Positions 28,997 through 42,996 of a DNA stretch of 64,000 nucleotides are shown here, piece after piece. Below the pieces are notes generated by a model. It did not search any database. It was not told the origin of the DNA and worked only from the letters and a program-made list of their open reading frames with translations. The DNA comes from Rhizophagus irregularis. Lineage: Eukaryota. Position numbers and translations under genes: made by a program. Location: positions 4,650,001-4,714,000 of the forward strand of contig NC_089429.1 in assembly GCF_026210795.1 (NCBI RefSeq), written 5' to 3'. Numbering within the stretch: the stretch's first letter is position 1; each line of letters starts with the position of its first letter.

Positions 28997-29313
28997 GATT
29001 TGCAGAATAAGGAATGTCGGACGCCGCTATTAAATATTGTTTAACTATGCCGATCATTGACAAAACTGTACAAATTAATTAAAATTAATTATATGAGTTT
29101 AGACGTTTATTTATTTATTTTTTTTGGAGTAGATGTACATGTTTTAGACGTTTAATAAATATATTTGATACATAATAAAATATAATAAAAAATTTTTTTT
29201 TGGAATAATCATCAATATAATATAGAATAATTTATTTATACATAATTACATAATAAAAAAAAATATTTTTTTTTTTCACATCTAAACTTTAAAAATCTAA
29301 CTTAAATTATAAA

Positions 29314-30969
29314 CTAATACATTTCTTCTATATAACTATAATGTTGAATCTTTAAATCACCATAATTTTGAACCTTAATATTATATGATTCAAATATCTT
29401 AACTTCATCCTTCATAGAAAATAAATCTTTACATTTTTCTATTGAATCATCTGAATCATCCTTCATTTTAAAAGCAAAATAATCAATTTTTTTCTTTTTC
29501 ATAATATATTCTTTTATAAAAGATAAAATATTCTCATTTCCTATTTGAATTTTATTATTAATTAATAATTTCTTAATAAAAGTATTTTGAGAATTTTTTA
29601 AAAATATTTCAAAAATATTTTCATCAATTGAAAGAGATAAATCTAAATATTCCAATTTTAAAGGTAAAATTTGACCTAACTCTTTTAATATAATTGAACT
29701 AATATTAAGAATATCATCATTTGGTTGATTAAGAATATGAAGTCTATCAAAATCAATTATAATATAATTAAGATGATGATTATTAAATTTTTTAATTAAA
29801 TCCATTGATAAATAAATATTTTGATAATCAAAACCTGGTAAATCAAAAAATTTGATATTTTTACAATATTTTATAATAATTTCAAGTAATTGATATTTTA
29901 ATTTATTACTAGTTAATAAACCAATATTTTCTAAATAATCACCAGAAATTTGTAATAAAGCTTGAAAATTATCAATTTGAAATTTTTCTTTCATAAATAA
30001 TGAAGTTAATTTAAATGGTTTGTTAATATTAATAATTTGTTGAATAAAATCATAATTTAAAGAAAAACAATAAAGTATATGAATAGATTTTAAAACATTT
30101 AATTGTTCAATAACTTGTTTAAAATTTGTTATATTTTTAAAATTTATATTATAAAATATAATAGTTTTTAAAGTATTTGAACAATTTGAATTTTTTAATG
30201 ATAAAAATATTGAATTATAAATATGAAATCCAAATAACATTTTTTCAAGATTTTGTTGTGAAATGATTAATTCAGAACAATATTTTATGATTAATAAATC
30301 ATCATAATTCATCTTATGATGAAAATAAAGTATTGAAATTGTTTTACAATTATTATATAAAAATTTTAAAAAATCATAAAATATATTTGTTGTTTTAATA
30401 ATTCCATTAAATGAAATTTTTAAATTTTTAATATTAAGAATTAAATTCTGATTTTGTAATATTAATTCCAATATATCATTAAAATAATCATGATCTCTAA
30501 TTAATATAATTTCAAATATACGTAAATTAATATTATTTTCATTTTTTAATATGGAATTATAAATTATTTTTGATATTTCTTTTATCTTATCAGAATTTAA
30601 AGGTGTTCCTAATTTAATAAAATCAATCCATTTTTCAATATAATGAAAAATTTTCCATGTATTTAAACATTTAATATAATTAGGATAATTAAATAATGTG
30701 TTTGATGGTATTAAATCAATATTAATTTCATATTCAATTAATTTTGTTTTATCATTATCATTTAAATTATATAAAAAATTTCTAATGAAATGATAATTTG
30801 CTGTAGGATTAGAGAATGGATCTTCCCATAATAATGGAATAGCCAAACGACACCATAATCTATTAACTAAAATACATGAATGTAATGTTAAAAAATCGTT
30901 ACGAAAATATTGTATAATTTCATTTAATAATTCAGGTAAATTTCCTGAAAATATTTTTGAACATGCCAT
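29314..30969 (-). CDS. F-box protein with LRR/RNI-like C-terminus
   Basis: 551-aa ORF; N-terminal LPELLNEIIQYFRNDFLTLHSCILVNRLWCRLAIPLLWEDPF matches the F-box pattern. Confidence 0.85.
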   Translation of the reverse strand: MACSKIFSGNLPELLNEIIQYFRNDFLTLHSCILVNRLWCRLAIPLLWEDPFSNPTANYHFIRNFLYNLNDNDKTKLIEYEINIDLIPSNTLFNYPNYIKCLNTWKIFHYIEKWIDFIKLGTPLNSDKIKEISKIIYNSILKNENNINLRIFEIILIRDHDYFNDILELILQNQNLILNIKNLKISFNGIIKTTNIFYDFLKFLYNNCKTISILYFHHKMNYDDLLIIKYCSELIISQQNLEKMLFGFHIYNSIFLSLKNSNCSNTLKTIIFYNINFKNITNFKQVIEQLNVLKSIHILYCFSLNYDFIQQIININKPFKLTSLFMKEKFQIDNFQALLQISGDYLENIGLLTSNKLKYQLLEIIIKYCKNIKFFDLPGFDYQNIYLSMDLIKKFNNHHLNYIIIDFDRLHILNQPNDDILNISSIILKELGQILPLKLEYLDLSLSIDENIFEIFLKNSQNTFIKKLLINNKIQIGNENILSFIKEYIMKKKKIDYFAFKMKDDSDDSIEKCKDLFSMKDEVKIFESYNIKVQNYGDLKIQHYSYIEEMY

Positions 30970-32681
30970 TGGGGAAAAAAAGAAAGGGAGAGAAAAAAAA
31001 AAATATATCAGCCGAATTTTTTTCCATAAGGGTCAAATCCAAAATGCAGGATATGAAATCCGTACTAATATTGAAATGATCATGGTGTGACGGATATTAC
31101 CTTAGTCCAAAAAATTTGTTGATCAACCTATAAATATGGAAAATTTTTATTCCGATACATTTCCTAATAAATTTTAGGCACTAAAATTAATATTGAACAT
31201 CTTGTGATAAATAGCCGTTTTGAACTTATTAATTTTACAAAAAAAGAATTTAACTAATATGTATTAGAATCCTGGAATAAGTAAAGATTATTATGTAGTG
31301 GAACAATTACGATATTAGTATGATCAAATATTTATGGAATACGTCATACCACGCAAGAATATCTTATAATTCCAATTGTATAAAAAAAATCATACATTAG
31401 AAAGTCCGGAATTTCTCAAAGAAAACATTGTCTTTTTACCCCTGATGTACTAAACCATTTCCTCATTCCTGTCCGTAAACACAACTATTGACAATCTGAC
31501 AATGAAAATGGTTTAGGTAAATCACATGCTTTGTTCGACTTGCACTACATATTACATAACTGACATTCTCGAAAATGTCGTCAGGATTTTATGATCTACA
31601 TAATCAACTGGTTAACCTTATTCGGTTCCAGGACGGGGACCTTTTAACTAAATCTAATATAGTAAAGATTTTTATGTTGTGCAGATGATTTTCATTTTCA
31701 TGGCGGAGAATTGTTAAAATACTTTGGAAAAGAATTTCAGGATACGGAAAATATTATGTAAATTATATCATATTAACTATTTATAAAATATTTTCATTAT
31801 ATAAAATCTGCTGATTTTTTTTTTTGAAACGAGCAAAAGTTGGGCAATATTCGAATAGGATTGGTCCGTTCGAGCGTTAGAATGTTGGAGCATGCGTACA
31901 CTGAACAAAAAGTTTTATATATAGACATAATCTAATAGTTTAAAAAAAATAAATGATAATTTTTAGATTTTAAACTTATACTAAACGACAATAAGCTTTA
32001 TGAGTTTATTTTATCGACATTATTTATTATGAGTGTTTGTTTTAGAAAAAATTATTTATTACCACTAATTAAAGGATTATTTTAAATTTATTCCTTGCGT
32101 GTTATGTGTATAAAATTTTACACTTAAAAAGAAAACCAACATTTTTATAAATACTGTATAATCTCATAAATAGTTTTACCGTCAAATGAATTGTAATTTA
32201 TACTTTTTTTAATAGTTATAAAGGAAGAGATATCTCATTGTGTCCCGTTCATAACCCACGCAATCAATTTGTGACTGCTAAAGTAAAGAAAATCTGATTA
32301 TAAACACAAAAAAAATTGTTTCTAACGGTGTCATAAAACATGAGCTATGTGAAGCAAAATTTTTTTTCGTTGCACGTGAATTCTTAAAATAATTATGTTT
32401 GCAACGATTAATATCACAATTATTAACCAATTATAGCAGATGATTGGTAAAGATTTGGTCACGTATAACAATATTATCATGTGACCCATTGACTTTAGCT
32501 TAATTATAGCTTAACGTTAATTATAGCTTATTTTTGATTTTTTTAAAAATAACATTATCGGTATATTTAATATACGGAGCACGATAATTTTACTTAACGA
32601 ACTGAAAGAAAGGCTCAACTCAAATGTTAATAGTCGATAAATTTAAATTTTTGAATTAGTGATTTACTACTCCGTTAAAAT

Positions 32682-32891
32682 AGGACCCAGAAATATATAG
32701 GTTTGAGTTTGCGTATTTTGAACTAAAAAAATCATGAAAATCTTTCCTTTTTTAGATAATTTTGATAATTCCAGTCAGAATTTTATTTCCCATTATAGTA
32801 ACTGACTGACATTATCATAATTCCGGCTCTGAAAAAATGCGTACAACTCATAGTACATCACCTGACCCCTATATATATATTTCTGGGTCCT
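32682..32891. mobile_element. MITE with 8-bp TSD
   Basis: TIRs AGGACCCAGAAATATATA ... TATATATTTCTGGGTCCT; GTTAAAAT on both flanks. Confidence 0.75.
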
Positions 32892-33059
32892 GTTAAAATT
32901 TGATACCCTAAATCAATGACAAAGGATATTTCAATGGATTTACATAATATTTTAGTACAACATAGTACAACATATATATAAATATATGTTTTAATCCAAA
33001 AATCGGACCATTTTTAAATTTTCTTCTTTTTGAGAGAGAAAAAAAAAAATAACTTTAAA

Positions 33060-34454
33060 ATGACAAAAGGATTTTCACTAGAACAAGATTTAAGATTATT
33101 AATAAATAATCCAAAGTATAGCGACGTAGAAATTTTATGCGAGGATGAAAAGAAATTATATGGTTGTAGAGCAATTTTAGCAGCAAGGTCCGAAGTATTT
33201 GATAGACTGCTTTATAATGGAATGAAAGAAAGTTATGATAATAAAATTTCTTTTCCAAAGATTAATTCCGCAGGGATGGAAATCATATTAGAATATATTT
33301 ATACAGGTTCAGTTAAAGTAGAATCTTTAAAAAAAGATATAATTGAAGCTTTTTACGCTGCTGATTATTTTCAATTATCAGACCTTCAGGATTTTATTAC
33401 AAAATCAGTTAAGAATAATAATTTAGTTAAAAATTATTCACCGGAATTATTATCTAAAATTTCAGAAAAAATTCCATTAACAGAAGATAATATTCTTCTT
33501 AATTTATTGGTTGAAACAGTGGCAGTTATGCCATTAAATAATATTGAATTTGGTCGTTTATCTATTACAGGTCTTAAATATCTTTTATCTTGTACACATG
33601 AAAAAGAATTACCTTTTGCAACTCGAGAGTATGAAGTTTTTCGGTATAGTGCAATTCTAGCAGCAAAACAAGTCTCTGATGATACTTGTAAAGCTCTCAT
33701 AGAACTGCTACCAACCTTAGAACAAATAGAAAATTCAATCATAGTGGGAAATAAAATTATCACAGACCGGCAAAAAGTAGCTAAAGAATTAGAACCTTTG
33801 ATTAAGTTTATTGATTTCAGAAGAATTAAAACTAAGATATTAGCCAATTTTATTGAGCCACTAGAAATTATTCCAATTGAAATAATTTCTAATTCTTATC
33901 GACATGTAGCACTATTAAGTAATTTAGATTCATGCGATATTCGTGGAAAACCTATTAATCTATCCGGTTATGTTTGGGATGAGAAAGCATGTGGATCAAA
34001 ACTTATCATTGAAGATAACAGAAAAATTGTACGTACACCAATTGGTTGTGGTCACCAAAATGTTAGAGCCAAAATAGCATTAGAAAGTAATGACATTTTT
34101 GAATGGGATGTAATTATTGAAAAAGTTTGTTGTAATGCTTGGGTTGGAATATGTGCGTCAGAAAATTTTGATTATGATACCTTTGCAGGAATTCAACCTA
34201 CTGGATGGGTATTGGGTGACTGTGGTTTTTGTTATAATTCTAATAAAAAAGTAATGAATTACTGTCCTTCATTTGGTGATGGTACAATAGTTACAGTCCA
34301 TTTAGATATGAATAAAAGAACTTGCGCTTTTACAGTCAATGGTACAAAATATCCAGAAGTATCAGCTTGGAATAATCTACCATCAAAACTTTATCCAGTA
34401 GTATCATTATGTCATCCTGGTCGTTTTCGAATTCAACCTCATCAAAAAAGTTAA
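33060..34454 (+). CDS. BTB/POZ (+BACK-like) - SPRY/B30.2 domain protein, intact copy
   Basis: YSDVEILC...ILAARSEVFDRLLYNGMKES...ILEYIYTG (BTB); FEWDVIIE...WVGIC...VTVHLDMNKRTCAFTVNG...LYPVVSL (SPRY). Confidence 0.9.
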   Translation: MTKGFSLEQDLRLLINNPKYSDVEILCEDEKKLYGCRAILAARSEVFDRLLYNGMKESYDNKISFPKINSAGMEIILEYIYTGSVKVESLKKDIIEAFYAADYFQLSDLQDFITKSVKNNNLVKNYSPELLSKISEKIPLTEDNILLNLLVETVAVMPLNNIEFGRLSITGLKYLLSCTHEKELPFATREYEVFRYSAILAAKQVSDDTCKALIELLPTLEQIENSIIVGNKIITDRQKVAKELEPLIKFIDFRRIKTKILANFIEPLEIIPIEIISNSYRHVALLSNLDSCDIRGKPINLSGYVWDEKACGSKLIIEDNRKIVRTPIGCGHQNVRAKIALESNDIFEWDVIIEKVCCNAWVGICASENFDYDTFAGIQPTGWVLGDCGFCYNSNKKVMNYCPSFGDGTIVTVHLDMNKRTCAFTVNGTKYPEVSAWNNLPSKLYPVVSLCHPGRFRIQPHQKS

Positions 34455-34848
34455 AATATTTATTACAATTTTATGACTTTATATGTATTGTATATCTTTT
34501 TTGAATACAGTAAAACTAATTTAAGAATTATCAATTATACTAATATGTACTAATTGAATTATTAACATCAAATTTATTTAATCTATTGTTAATACTTGTA
34601 CAAGAATTGTTTCGAACTTAATTTTTTATTGAAAATTTAATTGGTAAAAAAGTAAGCTTATCAATGAATGTATCGATACTATTAAAATTATTCATAGTAA
34701 TTAATCATTTTATTACAATGAAAGAAAAATTGCTTTTAAAGATCGATTTGAATGGTTGCAAGAATCTAAAAATTTATACTTCGTTACGATCGTATCACGT
34801 AATAAATTAGTAGGTCTTTTCTTGAAAAGAAGACCGTCTTAAGATATA

Positions 34849-35770
34849 CAGTGGTGAGCAAAATTATTTGGAAAATCGTCACGTGTGTGCAATCACGTGA
34901 TGTGGCTTGTTGAAAATTGCAGATCAAATTACAAAATACTTAATCAAATGCTATACGCCTCCAAATAAATATTCTTTCTTTACACGACCTTTTATATAAG
35001 ACTTTTCAAGAAAAAATAACACAGAAATAAAAGATTTTATTAAAAAATGATAGCAAAAAGTAAATTTATAATTGTGGGTTAAAGAAGCGCAGTATTTGAA
35101 TGGAATTTAACTTCATATCATCACTAGAGTCTCCAGATTTTATTATAGTTTAAAAAATTATAAAACAATAAGAGGATGGGAAGATATGGTTTAAAAACCT
35201 AATGAAAATCGACTAAAAAAATGATATAAATATCGCAATAATTATTAAAATTGATGCATTAAATGGAATTTTATGACAATGACCAATAATCTGGCCGAAA
35301 AACCATGCATTTTAAATAATAATAATTTTCATACATATAATTAAAAAATATTTTTATCATTATTGTTATAAAAAATTTTTTTTGCTTGCTAGCTAATGCT
35401 AAAAATTGAAATCACAAAGAAACTGTTGAATAATTAAAATAAACCATTCTAACATAATCAAAAAATTGTAGAAGTTTATTAACAGAAACACAAATAAAAT
35501 GGAAATCACAAAATTTGGGGAATTTAAAAATGTTAAACGTTAAGGAATGAAAATTTTATTTCCAAAAAAAGTAAAATGATTTGATTAACTCAATAAATTA
35601 ACTTTTAAGGAAATTATTGAATAAGTAAGGAGAGGATAAATTTTATAATTGTCTATAGTTTAAATTTCGTGGTATTGTACTTTTAAATAAATTAAATTAT
35701 TTGCAAATATAATCACTGGTTGCTGAGTAAATTCACTTTAAAGTTTTCCAAATAATTTTGCTCACCACTG
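34849..35770. mobile_element. Degenerate Tc1/mariner element
   Basis: Perfect 27-bp TIR CAGTGGTGAGCAAAATTATTTGGAAAA, TA duplication, empty sites in paralogous DNA near 38950 and 43700. Confidence 0.9.
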
Positions 35771-36049
35771 TACCTTTTTAGTCGTATTATACAAAAATAT
35801 TAATACCTACTAAATTATGTTTATATGATGCAGGAAATTAATGAAGGATAATCTCACCCAATTGAACAGGTCTTAAATTATGAGGCTGAATTTCAATAGT
35901 ATCCGTGCAATTTATGGTTTGAGTTAATTAAATAATTATTTTTTCCAATGAATGCGTAGCCGAAAATATTTCTTCTTTTTCATAAGGATCTAAATTTATG
36001 ATATATATTAAATAAGTCATTGGTAAATTTCACCCTTTTATATATCACT

Positions 36050-36220
36050 ACAACAGTATATTTATTCAGTTAGAAATCTCAATAAATATCTTCAAATTTT
36101 TTTTGTGGCTATTTTATGATGGAATGAAGGAAAGTTGAATTTCTTTTAAAAAAACAATTCCTCTGGAATGAATTATTATGCTAGAATATAGTTATAAAGA
36201 ATTATTATTCAAATATTTAT
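36050..36220 (+). pseudogene. Highly decayed BTB gene remnant
   Basis: TATGATGGAATGAAGGAAAGT and ATTCCTCTGGAATG resemble the LYNGMKES...NSAGME coding region of the BTB paralogues. Confidence 0.4.
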
Positions 36221-36374
36221 ACATAAGCAAAAATCATACCTCACGTTCATTTTTCGATCTCCTGGATTTTGTACCAATTTTATATTCTTTATTTATTTTG
36301 TGGAATAACTAGTATGTTATTATACTATGACAGATGTGTAAATTTTATTCGCTACGCGTAAAGTTCACTGCAAC

Positions 36375-36633
36375 TATAGTTGGGTGCCGAAACTATTCAT
36401 ATGCCGAAACTTATTGACCATATACTGAAAATAGTTCAGCTTTTAGTTTATATAGTTGCCAAATCTGAAAACCTAAACCCATTGCTAATATCCTAAGCCA
36501 TTTCCAAAATCCTAATTTTACTGAAAATTTAACCTAAATCTAGATTTAGTAATGGTCTAATAGTAGTTTGGGATTTCGGCAATAGTTTCTGCAATTGCAT
36601 ATATATGTCGAAATGTTTCGGCACCCTACTATA
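36375..36633. mobile_element. hAT-like MITE with 8-bp TSD
   Basis: TIRs TATAGTTGGGTGCCGAAAC ... GTTTCGGCACCCTACTATA; TSD ACTGCAAC; single-copy empty sites near 38141 and 43046. Confidence 0.85.
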
Positions 36634-36911
36634 ACTGCAACATTTTATGATGTAATTTATTTATAAAAATAAGATTCATTCACCCCAACTTTCAAGTGTA
36701 CTTAGTGTTTAAGGTTTGTAGGTTTGTATTATTTTTACGTTAACAATTAATGGTGGATTTAATATATAGTAATTTCTCTTATAATTGTTTCTTTGGGATT
36801 TATTTATAATTGTGTAATACAGTTGTTGCTTCTAAGACAAAAAAAAAATTATTACTCTATAAAAAAGTATGGTTCCTAAAATGGTTTTGTAAAATAAGAT
36901 CTATTTAATAT

Positions 36912-38064
36912 TGTCACGGGATATTTTTTTTATTTTTATTTTATTTATTTTTATTTTTTTATTCTATTTTTATCTTTTAGTTATTTTTAGTTATTTTTAG
37001 TTATATTACCTGTAGTTGTTTTTAGTTGTTTATAGATTAGATAAAAAGCGGATGCTTAGCGATATAAAGTGGCTGAATATAAGTGGCTGTATAGACAAAT
37101 GTGCCCAGATCGCCACAATTGGCCGGGAAATGATATTGGCCGGGAGACAATTATGTCCGAAGGACAGATTCGTCCTAAAAATTTAATGTTATATAAAGGG
37201 CCGATGTTGGAGGATAAAAGTTCATGATAAGTTTAGAATTCGTCTAGTTTTATTGTTATAAGATAGATATCGGGATATTACAGAATCGTATTCTTTTATT
37301 AACGAATAAACCTGTCGATTTGCTTCCGAATTATTATTTATACACGATTTATCGCATTTTATCACATTATTTATTATTGTTTATTATTGATTTATTATCA
37401 TTTATTAACACTTGTTAACTTTCGTTATACATCGTTGATTTGCTATATACATTTATAATTAATCGATATTATAAACATATTATCCGATTTACCCTTAATC
37501 CATAATATCATTAACTATCGTTTATAATCGCCCATTATTGTTTACCGTATAGACTTTCACTTTATCATCAGTTATATACTTATATATCGTCATATTATTT
37601 TATCGTTCATCAACCGATCCTTATATTTATTTCTGTTACTACCTACCAAACGTCATAAATCGGTGGTAACAATATCGTATTCTTGCTTAATTGTTAATAT
37701 TAAACCGCCGATCTGTCTCCGTATTGTTCATATACATTTTATTATATTTTTTTATATACACTGTTTATTATTGTTTATTATCATTTTATTATCTTACCCT
37801 ATAATTATCATTTATTACCATTTGCTAATTATTTGTTATACATCGTTGATTAATCGTATACATTTTATAATTAATTATTTATTAATTGTTTTTATACACC
37901 ATCCGAAATACCCTCAATTTATCATATCACTTTTTATCGTACATAATCGTTTATTATCGTTTATTTTTATCTTATCGTTTGTCATACATCGTTATATTAC
38001 CCTGCCATTTATTAACCGATCCTTATATTTCTTTCTGTTACTAACGTAGAAACCGGTAGTAACA
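36912..38064. mobile_element. Probable solo LTR with an internal ~390-bp duplication
   Basis: TGTCAC...GTAACA termini flanked by ATAT; the terminal segment occurs twice (ending about 37671 and 38064). Confidence 0.5.
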
Positions 38065-38356
38065 ATATCATATGAAAGCTGCGCCTTCATAATGATCCGA
38101 AAGTTGGCCTTATTCTTATAAATAAATTACATTATAAAATGTTGCAGTGAACTTTACGCGTAGCGAATAAAATTTACAATCGCTATATAAGAATTATTCC
38201 TTACTATTAAATAATATAAAAGTTTGTTCATAAATAAAATTTCTGTGCACATCATAGTAGTATAATAACATAATTATTCCACGAAATAAATAAAGAATAT
38301 ACTAACATAGCTCTACTTCTTTATAATATTATAACAATTCGCTGTCATAAACTTTA

Positions 38357-38498
38357 CAGAAACTTCAAGATCGTAGCGATGGCTTAATGCGCAGTAACTG
38401 CATATATGTAATTTCTTTACGATTACATCATGTGGTCACTATGTATTTATAACGCAGTTACTGCGCATTAAGCCATCGCTACGATCTTGAAGTTTCTG
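38357..38498. mobile_element. Foldback MITE with ~45-bp perfect TIRs
   Basis: CAGAAACTTCAAGATCGTAGCGATGGCTTAATGCGCAGTAACTGC and its exact reverse complement, flanked by TA; absent near 43185. Confidence 0.85.
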
Positions 38499-39361
38499 TA
38501 AAGAAGTTCTTGCAAACGAAAATAATTGAATAATCTGCAGCATTATATTGACTATAATTAATAATTCTTCTCAAAGATTTCAAAGTTGAATTGATACAAA
38601 ATCCAGGAGATTGAAAAATGAAGACGTCGGTTAATAATGGCGTATGATTTTGCCTGTATGAATATTTGATTAACATTCCATCATAAAATAGCCGGCCAAA
38701 TATTGCTATAATTGCAAAAAAAAAAAGATTTGAAGAAAGATATTTGTTAGAACAAGATTTGAGATGTCTGATAGTAAATATATAATGGTTGATATAAAAT
38801 TTTGTGAGTGAAAATTACTAACGATATCACAAATTTAAAAAAAGAGAAATATCTTTAGCTGCGCATTCACAATTATTTGTTAGAAATAAATTTCTTGCAT
38901 GATATAAACGATAATCTAGATCTTAATTTTCTTATACAATACGACAAAAAAGGTATATTTTGAGACGGTCTTCTTTTTCAAGAAAACACGATCGTAACGA
39001 AGTGTAAGTTCTTAGATTCTTGTAACCATTCATATTGAACTTTCGAAGCGAATTTTTTTTTATAATAATATGACAAATTCTGCATGATTTTAATAGTACA
39101 GATACATTTATTATATTTATTGAATATTCTGACTAAGCTTACTTTTTTACCGACTAATTACATTACTCAATAGAAAATGATATTCGATACAATCCTTTTA
39201 TATCACGTACTAATATTAATAATAGATTAAACAAATTTGATTTTACGAGGATATAAGAAATTAGCTTCAGTTAATAATTTAATTGGTATGCATAATATGA
39301 TACTATAATTCAATGATTTGATTTCAAAAAAAAAAATAGTCATAAAATTTGTACTAGCGTC

Positions 39362-40759
39362 CTAATTTTTTTGATGAAGTTGAATTCGAAAACGACCAGG
39401 ATAATTTAATGATCCTACTGGATAAAGTTTTGATGGTAGATTATTCCAAGCTGATACTTCTGGATATTTTGTACCATTGATTGTAAAAGCGCAAGTTCTT
39501 TTATTCATATCTAAATGGACTGTAATTATTGTGCCATCACCAAATGGAAGACAGTACTTTACTGCTTTACTAGAATTATAACAATCACCATTGGAACCCA
39601 TTACCCATCCAGTAGGTTGAAATCCTGCAAAGGTTTCATAACTTAAATTTTCTGACGCACATACTCCAACCCAAGCACAACCACTAACTTTCTCAATGAT
39701 GACATCCCATTCAAAAATGTCATTACTTTCTAATGCTATTTTGGCTCTAACATTTTGGTGATCACAACCATTTGGTGCATGCACAATTTTTCCGTTATTT
39801 TCAATAATAAGTTTTGATCCACATGCTTATTTATCCCAAACATAGTCGATTTCATTAATTTGTCGTTTTCCACGAGTATAACTTAAATTTAGATTATTTG
39901 GTAGCGCCGCATATCGATAAAAGTTAAAAATTATTTCATTTGAAACAATTTCTAGTGGCTCAATAAAATCGGCTAATATCTGAGATTTAATTCTTCTGAA
40001 ATCAATAAACTTGACCAAAGGTTCCAATTCTTTAGCAACTTTTTGACGATCAGTAATAAATTTATTTCCCACTTTGATTGAATTCTCTACTTGTTCTAAA
40101 GTTGGCAACAGTTCCTTGAGAGTTTTATATGCATCATTAGAAACTTGTTTTGCTGCTAGAATTGCACTATACCGGAAAACTTCATATTCCGGGGTTACGA
40201 AAAGCATTTCTTTTTCATGCGTAATAGATAAAAGACATTTAAGACCCGTAATAGACAATCGACCAAATTCAATATTATTTAATGACATAATTGCTACTGT
40301 TTCAACCAATAAATTAAGAAAAATATTATCTTTCGCTAATGGAATTTTTTCCGTAATTTTAGATAGTAATTCCGGTGAATAATTTTTAACTAAATTAGTA
40401 CTCTTAACCGTTTTTGTAATAAAATCCTGAAGGTCTGATAATTGAAAATAATCAGCAGCGTAAAAAGCTTCAACTGCATTATCTTTTGTTAAAGATTCTT
40501 CTTTAACTAATCCCGTATAAATATATTCTAAAACAATTTCCATTCCAGAGGACTTAATCTTTGGAAAAGAAATTTGATTATCGTAATTCTTTTTCATCCC
40601 ATTATAAAGCAGTCTATCAAATACTTCGGACCTTGCTGCTAAAATTGCTCTACAACCATGTAATTTCTTTTCATCTTCACATAAAATTTCTATGTCACTA
40701 TACTTTGGATTATTTATTAATAATCTTAAATCTTGTTCTAACAAATATCCTCTTGTAAT
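39362..40759 (-). pseudogene. BTB-SPRY paralogue with in-frame stop and lost ATG
   Basis: TAA at 39827-39829 where the 44-45 kb copy has TCA; ATT at 40757-40759 where the paralogues have ATG. Confidence 0.8.
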
Positions 40760-41421
40760 TTTTCAAGAAACTTTTTTTTTTTAGAAAAAGTAATACTTTT
40801 TTTCAACCCATTTATGAATATTTATATGTTCTGTACTATGTTGTACTAAACCAAAAAATGCATATCAAACGAATTTTTAGCTGCGCCTTCATAATAATTT
40901 TGCACGTGCTTTGGTCACGTGTTCTCCAAACTTTCTCGTATTTTTATTGAATCAATAAAATACGATTTCCCTAAATACAATTAAATATGTGAGAAACCCA
41001 CATTGGTGTAATTTACATACTAATTCTTTAATATTAAACGAGATTAAGAACTTTGGTTAATGACATTATTAATCGGTCTTTAACCAATACATTTTAATAC
41101 ATAATTTTAAATTTCAATGGATTAGCCGATAATTTTATTGAACCTTACTATTTCTATGTTAATTATTTATGCTTTGTAATTTTGGTTTAAAATAAACTTC
41201 ACCTCCTCAAATAGATCTTATTTTACAAAACCATTTTAGGAACCATACCTTTTATAGAGTAATAATTTTTTTTGTCTTAGAAGCAACAACTGTATTACGC
41301 AAATATAAATAAAATCCCAAAGAATCATCTTTTTCTTATTAAAGAGAAATTAATATATTAAATCCACCATTAACGTAAAAATAATACAAACCTTTAAACG
41401 CTAAATATACGCACTTGAAAG

Positions 41422-42996
41422 GATTATATATTTTCACAATTGAATCTACAGAGAGTGCAGAGTATAGTCTACTTGTCAATACTATACAATTGTGCTGATT
41501 TTATGCAATACTATTATACTCTATAGTATAGTGACGAAATACTGTATAGTATTTTAATTATTTTGTGATTTGCGTAGAGTTTACTTCTTCATAATTAAAT
41601 TTAAATTTGAAAAATTCGAATAATCATGTGCATAATTCGATCAACAACTTATGAATAACTCTAAAAGGTCTCAAGCCAAAATTTTTTTTCCCACTTAAAA
41701 TTTTCTCTCTTTAACTGAACCAGTACTAATTTTATTTTTTTAACCGGTTTCTCTTTCAAAATGCAATCTGATGATTTTTGTGATTTATTCGAAGAAAGAT
41801 ATTTAAGTGATAATGGAGATAATGATGTCCCAATTAATCTTATTTGTTAATTATCATTAATTAATAAAAAATTCTATTTTTTTCATTTTATACTATTCCT
41901 TGGATACAAGCGCGCGTTGTTAAATATTTTACATTCCTTTATCAGTGAAGATATCTGGTACAAAACTCCAGATAAATACCAATGTGGCTGAATCATGCCA
42001 TGCAAATGAAAATCGAGACGGTAAATCATTATCGCTTGAAGCTGTAATTTTAGGGTAAAATACTAATTAATTTATTTATTTATATTTAATTAATATTTTA
42101 TCATTATTATTTAGAGCTATAAAGTATGATACATGTCAAACTCAGTATTAAAAAACCGGGAAAGATCTTGGGTTGTAGCAAGAAATACGTAGATCCAGTT
42201 AGTATTATTTTAAAAGCTGGTGAAAATTTTTATTTACTATATTTTTAACTTTATTTTATTTTTATAGTAAAACTAATAAGGTTGAGCCGTCTGCACTGAA
42301 AAAAATAATAAATCGAAGAAAGTCACACAAACTTCAACATCTTCAATTGTAAATGATGATCTTGAAAAAGAAAAACAAAAAGATTTCTTTGAGAGAGAAA
42401 TTAGAACTAGAAGAGAAAGAGCTGAAACTTGAGAAGGAAAGGTTGGAAATTCTTAAATTAAAGCGAGAATTAGGAGTTACGGAATAGGTTTTTAGACATG
42501 ATAAATATTTAAAATATTTAAAAAATAAATGCTGAGCGTTTATTTTTTTATTTCTTATTTAGTATTAGATTAGATATACTTTATTTCTTTTTATAGAAGA
42601 TCTTTTTACCTTTTACAAAAAGCTTTGATAATTGTTTTGAAATAGACACTTGAAATTATGTAATATAAATATTTCTAAATAATTGAAAGAAAGTAAATTT
42701 TAAAGAAATATTAAAAATTTTTATTATATTTATAAAATTTGTATCACAAAGAAAATTTGTCATATCGCAAAGAATTTTTCCATTTTCATTATTTTTTTGA
42801 GTCGAAAAAGCCAAAAGGGTATTTTCGGAAATAGTTATACTACTGTTATACTACAATGCAATATTTATCTGAGTATTCGAAAATTTGAGACGTATACTCA
42901 ACAAGTAATGCTGAGTTTTGCAGTTCACAGTTTTGCTAAATTATACTATACTGAACTCAGCTAGGCGAGTAGACTCAATTGTGAAAGGAATTACCG
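41422..42996 (+). mobile_element. Internally deleted Mutator/MULE-like DNA transposon
   Basis: Subterminal inverted repeat TTTCACAATTGA(A/G)TCTAC; flanking direct repeat ACTTGAAAG (8-9 bp); empty site near 36685; remnant peptide TNVAESCHANENRDG resembles the catalytic-Glu region of a transposase. Confidence 0.65.

Noticed and set aside
37663..38049. 128-aa hydrophobic ORF
   Set aside because: Low-complexity T-rich sequence within the LTR-like repeat; GTG start.
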